From Calditrichia bacterium (GTDB taxonomy: Bacteria; Calditrichota; Calditrichia; RBG-13-44-9), in the NCBI GenBank assembly GCA_037381445.1, contig JARRQT010000161.1, forward strand, positions 1-15,629: a stretch of DNA of 15,629 nt, read 5' to 3'. This document shows positions 1 through 9,034 of the stretch, one piece after another. A program made the translations under genes and the position numbers. Positions within the stretch are counted from its first letter, which is position 1. Every line of letters begins with the position of its first letter. Under the pieces are notes generated by a model, which saw only the letters and a list, made by a program, of their open reading frames with translations, did no database searches and was not told the origin of the DNA.

Positions 1-1
1 G

Positions 2-1531
2 GGGGAGGCCTCAGAGATATCGGAAGGCGAGATGATTGAAGCGCTGCGTTTTGGTCATCAGGCCATTCGCGAAATTATCGCGCTGGAAAAGGAAATGATT
101 GCCGAATTCTCTCCTCAGAAAATGGAAATCGCTGCTCCCGAAGTCCCCGAAGGCTTGGCGGAGAAAATTGAATCGCAGACCCGCGCCAAAGTGAAGGAAG
201 CCATTCAAATCACCGAAAAGAAATCGCGCCACGAAAAGCTGGGGGAAATCAGAAAAGAACTTATGGAAGCCCTGGGCGAAGACTATCTTCCTTATCAATC
301 CTATATCAAAGAAGTCTTGCACACCATTGAGAAGGAAGAAGTGCGCAGAATGATCACCAGTGAAAACCGCCGTCTGGATGGCCGCGGAATGGATGATATT
401 CGTCCCATCACCTGCGAAGTTGGCGTTCTGCCGCGTGCGCACGGTTCGGCACTCTTTACCAGGGGACAAACCCAGAGTCTGGGCGCAACCACCCTCGGCA
501 CCAAAATGGACGAGCAGATTGTTGAGAATCTGGAAGGTGAAAGCAGCAAGAGCTATATGCTGCATTACAATTTCCCACCATTTAGCGTGGGCGAAGTAAG
601 ACCTTTCCGCGGACCAGGTCGCCGCGAAATCGGACACGGCAATCTGGCCGAACGTTCGCTGAAAACCATCCTGCCGTCTGAAGATTCATTCCCCTATACC
701 ATTCGCATCGTTTCGGATATTCTGGAATCCAACGGTTCCTCATCGATGGCAACGGTTTGCTCCGGTTCATTGAGCCTGATGGATGCCGGTGTGCCCACCA
801 AATGCCACGTGGCAGGAATTGCCATGGGTCTCATAAAGGAAGAAAATGAAATCCGCATCCTGACGGATATTCTGGGTGATGAAGATCATCTGGGCGACAT
901 GGATTTCAAAGTGGCCGGTAATCGCGATGGCATTACCGCTTTTCAGATGGACATCAAGATTTCGGGCCTGAGTTTCGAAATCATGGAAAACGCATTGGAA
1001 AAAGCCAGAATCGCCCGGCTGAAAATCCTGGATCTTATGGATCAGGCCATTGACAAGCCGCGGGCGGAGATTTCCCAGTACGCTCCCCGGATACTTACCA
1101 TCATGATTCCGCCCAGCAAGATCGGCGAGGTGATTGGCCCATCAGGGAAATCTATTCGTGCCATCATCGAACAGACCGGCGCCAAGATTGATATCGATGA
1201 CTCCGGGTATACCGTCATTGCCTCACCGGATGTGAAGATGGCTGAAAAGGCGAAGGAGCTGATTGAAGCAATTACCGCCGAACCCGAAGTGGGAAAAGTC
1301 TATCATGCCACCGTGAAACGGATAATGAACTTTGGCGCCTTTGCGGAATTCATGCCCGGCAAGGAAGGGCTCATTCATATTTCCGAACTGGACATGCGTC
1401 GGGTCAACAATGTCACGGATGTGGTCAATATCGGTGACAAAGTTGACGTGGTCCTCAAGGAAGTCGATAAAGAGGGACGTTATAACCTGAGCCGGAAAGA
1501 GTATTTGCGCCGGCAGGAAAAACAGAGTTAG
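2..1531 (+). CDS. pnp: Polyribonucleotide nucleotidyltransferase (PNPase), 5'-truncated by the window edge
   Basis: Frame is open from base 2 (GEASEISEGEMIEAL...), so ATG 32 is internal. RNase PH motifs RRLDGR, HGSALFTRGQTQ, HYNFPPFSVGE, RREIGHGNLAER, ESNGSSSMA, EDHLGDMDFKVAG; KH domain (IGEVIGPSGKSIR); S1 domain (FGAFAEFMPGKEGLIHISEL). Confidence 0.98.
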   Translation, partial: GEASEISEGEMIEALRFGHQAIREIIALEKEMIAEFSPQKMEIAAPEVPEGLAEKIESQTRAKVKEAIQITEKKSRHEKLGEIRKELMEALGEDYLPYQSYIKEVLHTIEKEEVRRMITSENRRLDGRGMDDIRPITCEVGVLPRAHGSALFTRGQTQSLGATTLGTKMDEQIVENLEGESSKSYMLHYNFPPFSVGEVRPFRGPGRREIGHGNLAERSLKTILPSEDSFPYTIRIVSDILESNGSSSMATVCSGSLSLMDAGVPTKCHVAGIAMGLIKEENEIRILTDILGDEDHLGDMDFKVAGNRDGITAFQMDIKISGLSFEIMENALEKARIARLKILDLMDQAIDKPRAEISQYAPRILTIMIPPSKIGEVIGPSGKSIRAIIEQTGAKIDIDDSGYTVIASPDVKMAEKAKELIEAITAEPEVGKVYHATVKRIMNFGAFAEFMPGKEGLIHISELDMRRVNNVTDVVNIGDKVDVVLKEVDKEGRYNLSRKEYLRRQEKQS

Positions 1532-1552
1532 CATCGATTCCATAGAGAATAT

Positions 1553-1583
1553 AAAAGGGGCTGATGCCCCTTTTCTTGTTTTT
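1553..1583 (+). terminator. Intrinsic terminator after pnp
   Basis: AAAAGGGGC-TGAT-GCCCCTTTT perfect hairpin (1553-1574) followed by CTTGTTTTT, 21 nt after the pnp stop. Confidence 0.9.
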
Positions 1584-1707
1584 GGAGTTTTCTGCTGATC
1601 AGCAATCGTTTTAAATTCTTTTTAATCTTCTTTTTTCCGGTATTCGGATACTTCTCCCTGTCAGGCGCCGATTCTTTTATAAAATATTGGAAGTAGCAAA
1701 CTTCTCC

Positions 1708-1735
1708 TTGCGTACGGCGTTATACTTCCTAAATT
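1708..1735 (+). promoter_or_regulatory. Putative sigma70-type promoter for the M16 peptidase gene
   Basis: TTGCGT-16 nt-TAAATT, followed by AAGGA upstream of ATG 1770. Confidence 0.35.
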
Positions 1736-1769
1736 TAGTGCGTTAATTTTAAGGATATAAAAACGACTT

Positions 1770-3008
1770 ATGGTTTATTCAGAATATAATAAAACCGTAC
1801 TCCCCGACGGATTGACGATCGTGAGCGAAAAAATCCCTTCCGTCCGGTCGGTTTCGGTGGGGGTGTGGGTAAAAAGCGGAACGCGGAACGAAAGCAGGGA
1901 GAAGAACGGTATCGCCCATTTCCTGGAGCACATGATGTTCAAGGGAACCCGGAAGCGCTCGGCGCGGGAAATCGCCCGCAGCCTTGAGGTAGTCGGCGGC
2001 TATCTGAACGCCTTTACCAGCAAAGAACAAACCTGTTATTATGCCGAGATTTTAGATGATCAATTGCCGAAGGCAGTAGACGTGCTCTCGGACATGGTCT
2101 GCCATTCCGTATTCCCTGAAAAGGAAATCGTTAAGGAACGTGAAGTCATTCTGGATGAAATTGACAGCGTGGAAGACGCCCCGGATGATCTGGTGCAGGA
2201 TGTTTTCATGGAGAAACTTTATCCCGAGGACAGCCTGGGTTTTCCCATTCTGGGAACCAAGGAATCCGTTACCGGCATCACCAGAGACCAGCTGCTGGAT
2301 TTTTATTCACAAAATTACACCTCGAATAACATTGTGATTGCCGCGGCAGGCAATCTGGACCACTCCCGGCTGGTGGAATTATGCCAGGCCAGATTTCAGC
2401 TGCCGAGAGGCGTGACCCCGAATGACGGAGCCGCTTCCTCCCATTACGGCAGCGGGGAATTTGTCATTCCGCGTGCCATCAATCAGGCGCACATATGCCT
2501 GGGTACAGAAGCGCTGCCCTATAAGCATCACCGCAAGTATGAACTGCTTTTGCTGAATACCCTTCTGGGGGTGGGGATGGGTTCACGGTTATTCCAAAAC
2601 ATCCGCGAGAGATATGGAGTTGCCTATTCCATCTATTCCTATGTCGATTTTTTCAGAGACCACGGATTGTTGGCGATCTATTTCGGAACGGAAAAGAACA
2701 AGCTGAATAAGGCACTCAAACTGCTCAGCCGCGAAATCGACCGGCTGAAAGATAAACCCATTTCACGGCGCGAACTGAATCAGGTTAAGTCGCAGGTGAA
2801 AGGCAATCTGGTATTGAGCCTGGAAAGCACGGCCCGGCGCATGGGACGGCTGGCCAAGATGGAAATTTATTTGCAGGCTTTTCATGATATGGACCAGATA
2901 ATCAGCGGAATCGATAACGTAAGCGCCGATAAAGTGCACAATCTGGCCAACGGCCTGTTCGATAAAGATCATTTGCTGCAGGTAATGTTCATTCCTGAAT
3001 CCAAATAA
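1770..3008 (+). CDS. M16 family (pitrilysin/insulinase-like) zinc peptidase
   Basis: Inverted zinc motif HFLEH in NGIAHFLEHMMFKGT, plus GGYLNAFTSKEQTCYY and SRLFQNIRERYGVAYSIYS. A position just downstream of pnp is common for this family. Confidence 0.95.
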   Translation: MVYSEYNKTVLPDGLTIVSEKIPSVRSVSVGVWVKSGTRNESREKNGIAHFLEHMMFKGTRKRSAREIARSLEVVGGYLNAFTSKEQTCYYAEILDDQLPKAVDVLSDMVCHSVFPEKEIVKEREVILDEIDSVEDAPDDLVQDVFMEKLYPEDSLGFPILGTKESVTGITRDQLLDFYSQNYTSNNIVIAAAGNLDHSRLVELCQARFQLPRGVTPNDGAASSHYGSGEFVIPRAINQAHICLGTEALPYKHHRKYELLLLNTLLGVGMGSRLFQNIRERYGVAYSIYSYVDFFRDHGLLAIYFGTEKNKLNKALKLLSREIDRLKDKPISRRELNQVKSQVKGNLVLSLESTARRMGRLAKMEIYLQAFHDMDQIISGIDNVSADKVHNLANGLFDKDHLLQVMFIPESK

Positions 3009-3248
3009 AATTCCGGCAAAATAATACTGATAGCAGCACCCGGCAGTATTGCCGGCAGCGGCTCTTTGCTCCGCGCGTATGGAATCGGACAGGCCCAATT
3101 TCCATTAAACATATGATCTTTGACGCTATTTTTAGGGATTTATCAAAATATTCTGCAGATATTTACAATTTTTTAACTAAATTAAAAGGCGATAGCTTCT
3201 GTTAAAGGAATAAATAAAGAAGCAAATCATTCAAAAGAAGGTGAAAAT

Positions 3249-4376
3249 ATGATTTTTGGGATACCAAAGGAGATACGTAACCAGGAGTTGCGGGTAGGCG
3301 CAATGCCATTTCTGGTGAAGGAAATTGTCCGGCGGGGACATCAGGTTATTGTGGAGAATGATGCCGGTGAAGATTGCGAGGCGCCCGATTCCCGCTATGA
3401 AAGAATGGGGGCAACCATCGTTCCTTCCGCCGAAAAGCTTTATTCCGCCGCGGAAATCATCTTAAAGGTGCGTGAACCCCAGCCGGTGGAGATTGAGCTT
3501 ATCCGGCCCGATCAGGTTGTATTCAGCTTTTTCCACTTCATCAGCAACACTGAACTCCTTAAGACGCTGGCGGGAAGGGGCTGCACCTGCCTATCTTACG
3601 AATTCGTCGAAGATGCCTCCGGCATGCATCCCATCATTCGCCCGCTCAGCCGCATAACCGGCCAGTTAGCCGTGATGAATGGCGCCCATTATCTGCAAAA
3701 ACATCACGGCGGAAGAGGCATTGTGCTGGGCAGGGTCACCGGATCGCCGCCGGCGCAGGTGACCATTCTGGGAGCAGGAAATGTGGGGAATCAGGCCGCG
3801 ATCACTGCCGCCAATATGGGCGCGCGGGTCACGGTCCTCGACAATAATTACGTAAAACTCCAGGAGCTTGATCTGTTGGGGCACCAGAATCTTACTACCC
3901 TGATCAGCACCGAAGACCACCTGAAGGAACTCCTTCCGGAAACTGACCTGTTGATTACCTGCATTCAGGTACCCGATAAACCGACTCCCAAACTGATCAC
4001 CACAGAAATGGTCAGAACCATGCGCCCCGGTTCGGTTATTGTGGATGTGGATGTGGATCTGGGAGGAAGCGTCGAAACCAGCAAAGTAACCAATCATGAC
4101 AATCCGACGTTTATCGTCGATGAAGTCGTGCACTATTGCGTCTCCAATATTTCAGCCAGCGTGCCGAAAATCGCTTCCCGCGCGCTGTCCGCTGCTCTGA
4201 TGCCTTATCTGATGAAGATTGCGGAACTGGGCCTGGAAAAGACCATTCTCAGCGACACTGGAATTGCGAATGGGATTTCCCTCTACAAGGGACATGTGGT
4301 GAAAAAGAATCTGGCAGAGGCAGTGGGATTGCCGCTCGCCGAGTTGAAAACAAAGATTCAGGAATTAAACGAATAA
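3249..4376 (+). CDS. ald: Alanine dehydrogenase family protein (AlaDH/PNT fold), divergent active site
   Basis: GIPKEIRNQELRV, ILKVREP, FFHF, GGRGIVLG, Rossmann motif ILGAGNVG, MRPGSVIVDVDVDLGGSVETS, HYCVSN; collinear with AlaDH over the full length. RBS AGAAGGTG upstream. Confidence 0.8.
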   Translation: MIFGIPKEIRNQELRVGAMPFLVKEIVRRGHQVIVENDAGEDCEAPDSRYERMGATIVPSAEKLYSAAEIILKVREPQPVEIELIRPDQVVFSFFHFISNTELLKTLAGRGCTCLSYEFVEDASGMHPIIRPLSRITGQLAVMNGAHYLQKHHGGRGIVLGRVTGSPPAQVTILGAGNVGNQAAITAANMGARVTVLDNNYVKLQELDLLGHQNLTTLISTEDHLKELLPETDLLITCIQVPDKPTPKLITTEMVRTMRPGSVIVDVDVDLGGSVETSKVTNHDNPTFIVDEVVHYCVSNISASVPKIASRALSAALMPYLMKIAELGLEKTILSDTGIANGISLYKGHVVKKNLAEAVGLPLAELKTKIQELNE

Positions 4377-4378
4377 GA

Positions 4379-5227
4379 ATGATGGATGAACCGCTCCGGG
4401 ATATCCCGATTCTGACCTATCATAAAATTGATATGCGGCGAGAATGGGGCATTAACAGCGTAAAACCCGGCTCATTCCTCAGGCAGATGCAGCTTCTGAA
4501 GGAGGAAGGATATACTCCGGTTAATTTCCGCCAGATACATCAGGGGGAAATTCCCGCCAAACCCATTATCATCACTTTTGACGATGGATATGAATCGGTT
4601 TATGACAACGCTTTTCCCATCCTCAGGAAGTCTGGATTCACCGCTGTCGTTTTCATTATCACCGAATATATCGGAAAAATGAACCTGTGGGACGCTAATC
4701 TCGGGGGTATCCGCTTTTCCCACCTCAACCGCAGGCAAATAGGCGAACTCAGTGACGCGGGGATTGAAATAGGTTCCCATGGTATCGCCCATCGCGCGTT
4801 TACGCATATCACCCCGGAAGAACTGGAGGCGGAACTGTATCATTCTCGCCGCGAACTGCAGAAATTATGCGGCACATACCCGCTTTCCCTGGCCTACCCT
4901 TTCGGAATGCAAAATCATTCTGTGCTGAAGCTTGTCCGGAAAGCAGGTTACGAATACGGCTGCATAAACCTTTGGGGCGCAACCAATCTCGCGCAGCCCC
5001 TGAGCCTGAGCCGCATACCGGTCTACCGGACAGATTCATTGCGTGCCTTCCGAAACAAATTGACTAAAGGATGGCGAAATAGAATTGAGATATCAAAGCT
5101 AAAGATGCTCAGTTGGCCTTCCCGTCTTACCCCGCTCTATCAGGATTGGCGGAATAGAACCTGGGCCCCTCACCTATCTCAAACAGGCTACCGGCCGGAA
5201 GCAGAAAACATTCCGGAAGAACCCTGA
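4379..5227 (+). CDS. Polysaccharide deacetylase (CE4/NodB, IcaB/PgaB-like), 282 aa
   Basis: PILTYHKI, IITFDDGY, IGSHGIAH, LAYPFG, LSRIPV. The likely start is ATG 4379 (or 4382), 2 nt after the ald stop. The 4136 extension in the ORF track overlaps ald. Confidence 0.92.
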   Translation: MMDEPLRDIPILTYHKIDMRREWGINSVKPGSFLRQMQLLKEEGYTPVNFRQIHQGEIPAKPIIITFDDGYESVYDNAFPILRKSGFTAVVFIITEYIGKMNLWDANLGGIRFSHLNRRQIGELSDAGIEIGSHGIAHRAFTHITPEELEAELYHSRRELQKLCGTYPLSLAYPFGMQNHSVLKLVRKAGYEYGCINLWGATNLAQPLSLSRIPVYRTDSLRAFRNKLTKGWRNRIEISKLKMLSWPSRLTPLYQDWRNRTWAPHLSQTGYRPEAENIPEEP

Positions 5228-5511
5228 TGTTTTTTCCAAGGAACAAATCTCGCGTTTGACCGATAAAACCTTTTGGATTAATAACTATTAAGTATTTTTC
5301 AAAATATGATATTGTTATTCAAGATTGATTTAAGTGCTTGCATTCAGTAACTCCCATGATTTCAATTCGATACGGAACTGACAAATTATTCGATTGTGCT
5401 ATGCCGTAAAAATTTCTATTTTCCATTAAAAAGATATTAGGTCGTGTAAAAGTCAAAAACATACGGACATTACTCATACAAAGTCATAAATAAAGTTTTG
5501 AAAGTCGATCA

Positions 5512-6840
5512 GTGAAAAGAAATAATAACAATAAAAATAAAAAATTGCAGGTTCATATAACGACCATGGGATGCTCCAAAAATCTGTATGATTCGGAAAT
5601 CCTGATGGGCCAGTTTAAGGCCAATGATGTGCCGCTCACTGATGATCCGAGAAAAGCAAATGTGCTGATTGTCAATACCTGCGGCTTTATCACGCCGGCC
5701 AAACAGGAATCCATTGGCGCCATTCTGGAGGCCGGGCAACTCAAGAAAGAGAATCCGGGCACCAAACTGCTGGTATGCGGCTGCCTTTCGCAGCGCTATC
5801 AGCCCGATTTACGAAAGGATATTCCGGAGGTGGATGAATATTTCGGAACGGAGGAATTCAGCAACATCCTGGAATATTTGAATCTGACACCCAAATCCCC
5901 GCAGCATCTTTATGAGACCCGCTGCCTTTCCCAAAAACAGCACTATGCCTATTTGAAGATATCAGAGGGCTGCAATCACAAATGCGCTTTCTGTGCTATT
6001 CCTTTAATGAGAGGCATGCATCGCAGCCGCCCGCTGGAAGATATTGTGGGGGAAGCCCGCATGCTGGCGGAAAAGGGGGCAAAGGAATTAATTCTGATTG
6101 CCCAGGATACTACCTTCTATGGACTGGACCTTTACAAAAAACAGCGTCTGGTTGATCTGGTACATCGCCTGGAAGCGCTTGAAGGCATAGAATGGATCCG
6201 GCTGCACTACGCCTACCCCACAACTTTCCAGCCGGAGCTGGCGGAGGCGATGGCGGGCAGTTCAAAAATTGTTCATTATGTTGATATGCCCATACAGCAT
6301 ATCTCGGATAAGGTATTGAAAATTATGAAACGGGGTGGAACATCCTCAAAAATCCGACAGATTTTTTCTGATTTAAGAAACCGTCTCCCCGATATCGCCC
6401 TGCGGACCACCTTTCTGGTCGGACATCCGGGGGAGAATGAAAAAGATTTTGAGATATTGAAAGATTTTGTCAGGGAAATCGGTTTCGATCGGATGGGAGT
6501 CTTCACCTATTCGCCAGAAGAAAACACCTCGGCATTTTCCCTTCCCCATCCGTCTGAGGAAATTGCGGAACAACGCTACAACCAACTCATGAATATTCAG
6601 CAGGAAATCTCACTTGTAAAAAATGAGAAAAAGGTCGGGGAGACCTTCCGTGTATTGATCGATGAGGTGGATAACTCAAACAACACAGCGATTGGCCGCA
6701 CCTATGCAGATTCGCCCGAAATCGATAATGAAGTAATTATCGAGGACATTCAAAAAGGTATAAAAGCTGGTGATTTTTGTAATGTGAAAATTACAGATGC
6801 CCGTGAGTATGAGATTTTTGGAAAAATTCTGGAGGGGTAA
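5512..6840 (+). CDS. rimO: Ribosomal protein S12 methylthiotransferase RimO
   Basis: MTTase N-domain (MGCSKNLYDSE, NTCGFITPAKQES, GCLSQRY), radical SAM CxxxCxxC (EGCNHKCAFCAIP), AQDTTFYG, IRLHYAYP, TRAM end GRTYADSPEID. GTG start. Confidence 0.95.
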   Translation: MKRNNNNKNKKLQVHITTMGCSKNLYDSEILMGQFKANDVPLTDDPRKANVLIVNTCGFITPAKQESIGAILEAGQLKKENPGTKLLVCGCLSQRYQPDLRKDIPEVDEYFGTEEFSNILEYLNLTPKSPQHLYETRCLSQKQHYAYLKISEGCNHKCAFCAIPLMRGMHRSRPLEDIVGEARMLAEKGAKELILIAQDTTFYGLDLYKKQRLVDLVHRLEALEGIEWIRLHYAYPTTFQPELAEAMAGSSKIVHYVDMPIQHISDKVLKIMKRGGTSSKIRQIFSDLRNRLPDIALRTTFLVGHPGENEKDFEILKDFVREIGFDRMGVFTYSPEENTSAFSLPHPSEEIAEQRYNQLMNIQQEISLVKNEKKVGETFRVLIDEVDNSNNTAIGRTYADSPEIDNEVIIEDIQKGIKAGDFCNVKITDAREYEIFGKILEG

Positions 6841-7952
6841 TGAGATTTTATAAGTACTCAATCATAACGCTGGTGTTGGGATTATTTGCAAACGTTTTCG
6901 GACAATACATGTCAGCTCCAAAACTCAGCGGAGTGGGTTTGCCTTTTTTTCATGCGGCAATTTTCCGGACTTTTAATGAAGAGAACAGTCAGCAGATTGT
7001 CCGGCTGTATCTGCAAATGATTAACGACGACCTGACCTTTATCAAACAGAATGATAAATTCAGCAGTGAAATTCAGATAGATATCTTCGTTACCAACAAA
7101 CAGAAAGAATCGATCTTCAGCCGGACCATTAAGAAACAGATTGAAAGTTCAAGTTTCGATGAAACGAATTCCAGAGATATCAGCAACACCTTTACCACGG
7201 ATGTTCCGCTTTCCCCAGGTGAATATGATGCGGTGGTAACCATCCTTGATAAAAACAGCGGCAAACAGGTCAACCGAAAAGTCAATTTCGTAATCCCGGA
7301 TATCAAGAAACAAAAATTTTTGATAAGTGATATCCTGCTGTTCAGCAAATTCGAGAAAGACAGCACCGGCCAGATCAGTTCGTTTGAACCCAATCTCACC
7401 AATAATTTCAGCGGGACGGATGAATACATCTACTTCTACTTTTCTTCAATTATGGAAAATCCGAACGATTCACTCCATATTGAATATACGGTCAAAAATC
7501 CTGCGGGTGCCACGGTGCTGTTTAATCAGTATGCTCTGCTGGATGTGGCTCTCCATCAAATGCGCTATATCATGGATGCAGATTCAATTGGCTGGGCGCT
7601 TAAACAGCCCTATGATGAGAAGCTGGCGTATTTTAACCGCTTCTGGAAAAGAATGGACCCGAATCAGGAAACGGAAAAAAATGAATTGCTGGATGAGTAT
7701 TACCGCCGGGTGAATTTTACCAATGAAAGCTATTCCAACCTCAGCATGGACGGCTGGGAATCCGACCGGGGAAGAATCTTCATCAAATTCGGCGAGCCGG
7801 ATGACATTGAACGTCATCCTTTCGAGATGAGCACAATGCCATACGTGGTTTGGAGATATTATGACCTGAGAAAAATATTTCTTTTTATTGACCGGACCGG
7901 GTTTGGCGACTATTATCTCGATCCAAATTATCTGGAGGAAGAGTATAATTAA
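6840..7952 (+). CDS. Exported GWxTD domain-containing protein
   Basis: Signal peptide (MRFYKYSIITLVLGLFANVFG), beta-rich N-terminal region, C-terminal FWKRMDP..NELLDEYYRRVNFTN...GWESDRGRIFIKFGEPDDI...WRY...FLFID. TAATG overlap with the rimO stop. Confidence 0.88.
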   Translation: MRFYKYSIITLVLGLFANVFGQYMSAPKLSGVGLPFFHAAIFRTFNEENSQQIVRLYLQMINDDLTFIKQNDKFSSEIQIDIFVTNKQKESIFSRTIKKQIESSSFDETNSRDISNTFTTDVPLSPGEYDAVVTILDKNSGKQVNRKVNFVIPDIKKQKFLISDILLFSKFEKDSTGQISSFEPNLTNNFSGTDEYIYFYFSSIMENPNDSLHIEYTVKNPAGATVLFNQYALLDVALHQMRYIMDADSIGWALKQPYDEKLAYFNRFWKRMDPNQETEKNELLDEYYRRVNFTNESYSNLSMDGWESDRGRIFIKFGEPDDIERHPFEMSTMPYVVWRYYDLRKIFLFIDRTGFGDYYLDPNYLEEEYN

Positions 7953-8008
7953 CCCGTTAATTTTACTCCGGACGGACAACTTTCCTGTCCATTAATTTTT
8001 TCACACAA

Positions 8009-8045
8009 AAAGGGACTGCAGGGCCGGCGGTTCCTTTATATTTTT
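8009..8045 (+). terminator. Probable intrinsic terminator after rimO-GWxTD
   Basis: AAAGGGACTGC-AGGGCCG-GCGGTTCCTTT, an 11-bp stem with two G-U pairs on the + strand, followed by ATATTTTT. Confidence 0.65.
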
Positions 8046-8169
8046 ACGGGACTATTTTCTGTTATTCTTTTTAAGCCTCATGGTGGTATGGTGAGAATCA
8101 ATCACTATATCAACTTCAGCTCAATTCCCGCATCATTTGTGGATATTTCCCAGTGTTAAATTTAATTGG

Positions 8170-8198
8170 TTGCACATCAGTTTAAAGATATTTATTTT
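8170..8198 (+). promoter_or_regulatory. Putative sigma70-type promoter for the beta-barrel gene
   Basis: TTGCAC-17 nt-TATTTT; RBS GAGGA just before ATG 8267. Confidence 0.4.
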
Positions 8199-8266
8199 TG
8201 CAGATATGACGCTGCGTTTGGAATATTGAACAATTTGTCACTCTCTATTTTTAAGCAGAGGATCAA

Positions 8267-9034
8267 ATGAAAAAGACCATTTATTCCGCTTTATTCCTTT
8301 CCATTTTTTATTTTTGCTCAAGCCAGGCCCAGATGCTTTCTGTAAAACCGTATTTTGGATATGCCACCGTTAAAATGGGTGAGGTGAATGATGACGCCAA
8401 AACACGCATCAAGAGTCTGGCAGAACAGACCCAGCAGGCCCTTCTGCCGCCTGATCCGCTGAATGGCGATTATGCCTGGGGATTTCAGGTTGAGTATCAT
8501 CTGGAGGAAAACTATTTTCTGAATGTTAACAGTTATTATTTCCGGGAAAAAACTGCGACCGATAATTTCAATCTTTTCGATCAACCGATTGAATTCGATG
8601 TTAACAGGCGCATAGAATATTTTGAAATCAGCATTGGAATCAATTATTATTTTGATTATAACAGTTGGAGAAGAGTCAACACCTATTTCGGGGCCGGTGG
8701 CGGTCTTGGCCTGGGCTGGAGCAAATCCAATTTTAAATATAATGATTCAAAAAACTTTGTGAATAATTCAGGAGATGTTTCCTCAAATGCGCTGACCGCC
8801 TACGGCTGCCTGGGAGTCCGCATCCGGCTGTTTCCTTTCATGTTTTTGACCACCGAGATTGGCGCCCATTTTGCTAATCTTGGCCAGATGACCGGGCAGT
8901 ACCGGGTCGATCAGAGGGTAAATTCCGAATACCTGAATTATACCAATAAAGACTATACCACTGCCGCCGCATTTAATTACTCGGGTTATTACATTACCGT
9001 AGGGACCGGATTCGTCATTCCGTTTGTCAAATAG
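8267..9034 (+). CDS. Outer-membrane beta-barrel protein of unknown function
   Basis: Signal peptide ending SQA; amphipathic aromatic/Gly strands (AWGFQVEYHL, FEISIGINYYF, TYFGAGGGLG, YGCLGVRIRL, GYYITVGTGF). Confidence 0.75.
   Translation: MKKTIYSALFLSIFYFCSSQAQMLSVKPYFGYATVKMGEVNDDAKTRIKSLAEQTQQALLPPDPLNGDYAWGFQVEYHLEENYFLNVNSYYFREKTATDNFNLFDQPIEFDVNRRIEYFEISIGINYYFDYNSWRRVNTYFGAGGGLGLGWSKSNFKYNDSKNFVNNSGDVSSNALTAYGCLGVRIRLFPFMFLTTEIGAHFANLGQMTGQYRVDQRVNSEYLNYTNKDYTTAAAFNYSGYYITVGTGFVIPFVK

Noticed and set aside
11..637. 208-aa minus-strand ORF and other antisense or overlapping ORFs (e.g. 3666-4133, 10110-10430, 12471-13121)
   Set aside because: Shadows of well-supported genes with no recognisable motifs.
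4136..4378. N-terminal extension of the deacetylase ORF
   Set aside because: It lies inside ald in another frame; family similarity starts after Met 4379.
5228..5511. AT-rich spacer upstream of rimO
   Set aside because: No convincing ORF, repeat or stable structure found.
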